NCBI GenBank assembly: GCA_964503195.1
Contig: CAZCZK010000001.1
Span: 1-62,944 of the forward strand
Source: an uncultured Methanoregula sp.
Lineage (GTDB): Archaea; Halobacteriota; Methanomicrobia; Methanomicrobiales; Methanospirillaceae
Length of the DNA stretch: 62,944 nt
Direction: 5' to 3'
Position 1 is the stretch's first letter. Every line of letters starts with the position of its first letter. Shown in pieces: positions 59,722 to 62,944 of the stretch. The position numbers and the translations under genes were made by a program. Under the pieces are notes generated by a model that saw only the letters and a list, made by a program, of their open reading frames with translations, searched no databases and was not told where the DNA came from.

Positions 59722-60336
59722 ATGGGAATGTTCTGTCCTAAATGCGGAAAAGAGACCGATGCTTCCGGAAAATTCTGCCAATGGTGCGGTGCAGATATTA
59801 CCTCGATTCCGGCAAATCCTGTCGTAACACCCGAAGATGAGGAAGGTCTGGATATCGGGGTGTATGCAGGTCTTGGCAGGAGATTTGTCGCGTTTATTGT
59901 GGATTTCATTATTATTTTACTCTTCGACCTGGTAGCGATGGCTGTGCTTGGTCTGACACGGGGAATCCAGAATTCATATTTCTATTTCGTCCAGCATGTT
60001 CCCGTTGAGCAGCTTACAGTTGAAGGAACAATGGGCGCCATGCTTGGGTCTGTGATAGCCGCATACGGGATAGTCCTCGTCTTTATACCATGGCTTTATT
60101 ATGCCGGATTTGAGTCTTCCCGCAGCCAGGCAACACCCGGTAAACTGCTGATGCACATCGTTGTCACCGATATGACTGGCAATAAACCAACCTTCGCACG
60201 GGTCACGCTCCGGCACTTTGCCAAGTTCGTTTCAGCACTCATCATCTTTATCGGCTTTGTCATGGTCGGTCTCACACAGAAACGCCAGGGGCTCCACGAC
60301 AAGATCGCGGGCTGCCTGGTGCTCCTCCAGGACTAA
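59722..60336 (+). CDS. Zinc-ribbon + RDD family membrane protein
   Basis: FCPKCG...FCQWCG; YAGLGRRFVAFIVD; QATPGK; RQGLHDKIAG. Confidence 0.92.
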   Translation: MGMFCPKCGKETDASGKFCQWCGADITSIPANPVVTPEDEEGLDIGVYAGLGRRFVAFIVDFIIILLFDLVAMAVLGLTRGIQNSYFYFVQHVPVEQLTVEGTMGAMLGSVIAAYGIVLVFIPWLYYAGFESSRSQATPGKLLMHIVVTDMTGNKPTFARVTLRHFAKFVSALIIFIGFVMVGLTQKRQGLHDKIAGCLVLLQD

Positions 60337-60360
60337 AACATTTCACCGGCAATTCGCCCC

Positions 60361-60408
60361 TTTTTAAAATTTTTCTTATAAAGGATGCCCTTTTCAGACT
60401 TTTTTTTA
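60361..60408 (+). terminator. Oligo-T terminator region between convergent RDD and SemiSWEET genes
   Basis: Several T-runs after the RDD stop codon. Confidence 0.4.
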
Positions 60409-60431
60409 TCAGGGTGAACCAGAAAAAAGGA

Positions 60432-60686
60432 TCACGGGTATTTGACCTTCATCCAGAGCAGGACAAGGATCAGCAGAAACGTGATCACGTTTGCCGCAAT
60501 AATCGGCATCGAACCGGTCCAGACTCCATAGAGAGTCCAGAGCAGGACCCCCAGGGCAAAGAGGAGGAGCATTGCAGGTGAGAGGTCACGCGTTTCTTTG
60601 AGCTTCCATGCCCGGATAACCTGCGGGACAAAGGAAAGGGTGGTGAAAGTGCCGGCGATATAACCAATGAGAACGATCGTATCCAT
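60432..60686 (-). CDS. SemiSWEET / PQ-loop transporter
   Basis: TTLSFVPQV...KETRDLS, LWTLYG, PIIAAN; start MDTIV at 60686. Confidence 0.9.
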   Translation of the reverse strand: MDTIVLIGYIAGTFTTLSFVPQVIRAWKLKETRDLSPAMLLLFALGVLLWTLYGVWTGSMPIIAANVITFLLILVLLWMKVKYP

Positions 60687-60726
60687 GGGATCTCTTTTTT
60701 TACTATTGCATTCTTCAACAATTTTA

Positions 60727-60751
60727 AACCGGCTGGAATTGCCAGCCGGTT
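60727..60751. terminator. Perfect 10-bp hairpin
   Basis: AACCGGCTGG-AATTG-CCAGCCGGTT at the 3' end of the pseudogene. Confidence 0.4.
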
Positions 60752-61174
60752 CAGGAATAAACGGGTGTGGGCTGTCGGAGTTCCGGCGAGAACTGGTCGG
60801 CGGCAATAAGCCACTTCCGTCCTTCCTTCACCAGAAAGAGCATGTCCCGGCCCTGCAGGGTCTGCTTTGCTATGCCCATGGACCATGTGATCGGGAAGAT
60901 TTACGTGACAACGGCACTTTTCCTGCCGGCATAAAGCTGCACCTTGTGATCGTTTTCCTCCCATTCGTGGATGACTGCCGTTTCGGCAAAGCCCTGCCAC
61001 CCGACAACACTGGTATCCCGCCCTTCAAGCCGCCCGGGTGTTGTCGGTATGATGGCGACTTGCGTCCGGGTGGATACACTGCCGGAACGGTTTTTCATGC
61101 CACCCTGCGGTCCCGCACCGGTTCATTTTTCTGACAATGGGCTCAATTTCGCGTATCCGTACGGTATCGTGCAT
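60751..61174 (-). pseudogene. Disrupted NTF2/SnoaL-like (DUF4440-type) gene
   Basis: MHDTVRIREIE..IHPDA (frameshift near 61060) VAIIPTTPGRLEGRD..SAVVT (in-frame TAA 60901-60903) IFPITW..GRDMLFLVKEGRKWLIAADQFS. Confidence 0.7.
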
Positions 61175-61263
61175 TATAATCTCCGCACCATAAAAAAAGG
61201 ATGAACGGCTAAAAAAGGGACGGGACGGGACAGTGCGAAAGTGCGTGCACAAAAAAGTGGTGA

Positions 61264-61695
61264 TCAGAACCTCACGCGGGGGGCTTCACGTTCCCGCATG
61301 TTGTCTGCCATGGTCCAGAAATACGCTTCGCCATGGGCGAGCCGGAACATAGCGAGGCCGCCACCCTCCGGAGCTGTCTTCAGGAGATCCTTCACCCACG
61401 GCCGGTCCCGGTAGAGCCGCTCCTCCAAGGCCTTGTCCTCGAGAAACTCGACCTTCCCGGCAACCCGCATCATCGTTCCCGCACCCTCGCCGGGTTTAAA
61501 AAAGCAGAGCTCCACCTTCGGGTTCTTTTTCAGCTGCCGGCAGACATTCTTGGGCGTCCCGGTATGGTAGTAGAAACCGGTCTTATCACAAAACCACATC
61601 GCGAAAGCCCGGACCCGCGGCTGGTCTCCTTCAGCAGTCGCAATATACGTCAGCGGGTTCTCGGTTGCAAACTCCACGCATGCAGAAAAATCCAT
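61264..61695 (-). CDS. Pyridoxamine 5'-phosphate oxidase-like FMN-binding protein
   Basis: IATAEGDQPRVR, K.V.RQL.KNPKVELCF. Confidence 0.9.
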   Translation of the reverse strand: MDFSACVEFATENPLTYIATAEGDQPRVRAFAMWFCDKTGFYYHTGTPKNVCRQLKKNPKVELCFFKPGEGAGTMMRVAGKVEFLEDKALEERLYRDRPWVKDLLKTAPEGGGLAMFRLAHGEAYFWTMADNMREREAPRVRF

Positions 61696-61832
61696 ATGAT
61701 CACTTCAGGAATGTATGCACGGGCGGGAAAGAAAAAGGTTCGGGATCCCAATCGTCGCATCAGCGAGGATTGACTGGAGAAGAATCCATCAGGATTCTTC
61801 GACCTGTCGAATATCATGGAACGTGTGCCGGG

Positions 61833-62639
61833 TTATTTCCGGGCAGTTGATTTGAAGAATGTATAACAGAAGACACCATCCGTCTCCGTCGTACGGTAAA
61901 GTGAGACTATTCCCCGTTCCCAGTCCTCCCGGCTCATCAGCACCAGCCTCTCCACTTCCAGGCCCACTCCTTCGACCATGGCCGTAAACGTCAGTTTCGT
62001 GAACCCTTCCACGAGTGCCGGGCGGGAAGAATCGACATAGACCATCCGCGGCGAGACATGAACCTCCTGAAACCCGGCACCGGTCATGAGCGGAAAGAGC
62101 TGCCGCCCAATCAGGGCATTACCGCCAACCAGCTGCTGGAGTTTTACAAGACAGTCAATAGCACAGTGGGCATCCTTACTATCGGGATGGAAGAAGGTGG
62201 ACCCATGATCCCCCTCAATGACCGTGATAGTTCCACCTTCTTTCAGGATCGGGCGGATCTGTTCGAGCGCCCGCTGTGGGTCTGCAAGATGCTCCAGTAC
62301 AAAACAGACAAAGATATGGTTGAAGCTCTCCGGTTCGAACGGGGGGTGGAAGATATCCCCCACACGGAACACCACGTTTGTGATCCCTTCCTCGCGGATC
62401 TTTTCCTGCGCCGTTTTCAGGGAATCCTCCGATATATCAAAGGACGTGATCCGTGCTTCCGGACTATTTTTTGCAAGGATCACGGTCTGGGCGCCAATCC
62501 CGCATCCGGCTTCGAGCACCAGCGAACCCGCAGGGTAGTGCGTATCATGGTGGAGGAGTCTTGTCAGCGTTTCTGCTTGATCTGTGAGCCGTTCAGATTC
62601 ACGGGGGGAATAACCGTGAACATAGTTGTTTTTTGCCAT
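61833..62639 (-). CDS. Class I SAM-dependent methyltransferase
   Basis: VLEAGCGIG motif I; FVLEHL..P; LKEGG.I...EGD. Confidence 0.92.
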   Translation of the reverse strand: MAKNNYVHGYSPRESERLTDQAETLTRLLHHDTHYPAGSLVLEAGCGIGAQTVILAKNSPEARITSFDISEDSLKTAQEKIREEGITNVVFRVGDIFHPPFEPESFNHIFVCFVLEHLADPQRALEQIRPILKEGGTITVIEGDHGSTFFHPDSKDAHCAIDCLVKLQQLVGGNALIGRQLFPLMTGAGFQEVHVSPRMVYVDSSRPALVEGFTKLTFTAMVEGVGLEVERLVLMSREDWERGIVSLYRTTETDGVFCYTFFKSTARK

Positions 62640-62890
62640 AGGATCTTCAGTACTCCGGGAAGTAAACCGTGGGCAGAAATCTGCCTGACGGGACTATCAT
62701 GTAAAAACTTGCGTTCAATTCACAAAAATTTACACCGACCATATTTTTCAGCGAACTCATACCAGAAACGTGATAGCTGGATGGGGGTATTTCCACCGGA
62801 TCGTACACCTGAAAGACGGGCAGATCGCTCGTTACGAAGGTCACTGGAGCATGATGTCTGTATGAGCGGGGAAATGCCCGTAAAAGGAAA

Positions 62891-62944
62891 GGCCAGGGCC
62901 GAGATTTGAACCCGGGTCGAGGGATCCACAGCCCCTTAGGATAA
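62891..62944 (-). tRNA. tRNA-His (anticodon GTG), 5' part cut by the window end
   Basis: Reverse complement AGGGG-CT-GTG-GA-TCCCT; T-arm CCGGG-TTCAAAT-CTCGG; 3' acceptor CCCTGGC plus C discriminator. Confidence 0.9.

Noticed and set aside
60901-60903. Stop-codon recoding (pyrrolysine/selenocysteine)
   Set aside because: The stop is TAA, and a separate frameshift is present.
62058-62909. 283-aa + strand ORF and similar long antisense ORFs (e.g. 185-787, 2077-2649, 2631-3197)
   Set aside because: Shadow frames of well-supported genes in GC-rich DNA; this one also runs into the tRNA.
1704-62944. tRNA-anchored integrative element between tRNA-Lys and tRNA-His
   Set aside because: No integrase, and no duplicated tRNA 3' end (att) found by eye; the flanking genes look like housekeeping genes.

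Overview
Archaeal genomic window, most likely from a Methanomicrobiales (Methanoregula-like) methanogen. This is inferred from the PEF-CTERM/archaeosortase, HTH-PAS histidine kinases, Isf, rubrerythrin and TATA/BRE promoters. GC-rich housekeeping flanks surround a more AT-rich cell-surface locus of about 46 kb (~12.6-58.6 kb). The left flank holds a TrkA-DHH protein, tRNA-Lys, rubrerythrin, Isf, a MazF-like toxin and UppP. The right flank holds RDD, SemiSWEET, PNPOx-like, methyltransferase and a truncated tRNA-His. The central locus encodes: a PEF-CTERM protein with thioester-domain (TED) motifs and an archaeosortase; two duplicated secreted heparinase II/III-like lyases, one with 7 Ig/cadherin-like repeats; a 1310-aa GT-C-like fusion; two flippases; a GPT/MraY-family transferase; two deacetylases; and a BshC-like protein. 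It also has six ATP-grasp ligases, five GNAT/FemAB-like proteins, CapA and two beta-propeller surface proteins. Best system candidate (inference): a lipid-carrier-assembled surface glycan heavily decorated with amino acids or amides, linked to archaeosortase sorting and a covalent 'harpoon' adhesin. Separately, two diverged copies of a ~150-nt covarying structured non-coding element lie downstream of a divergent gene pair. All family calls come from motif recognition by eye; no searches were run.
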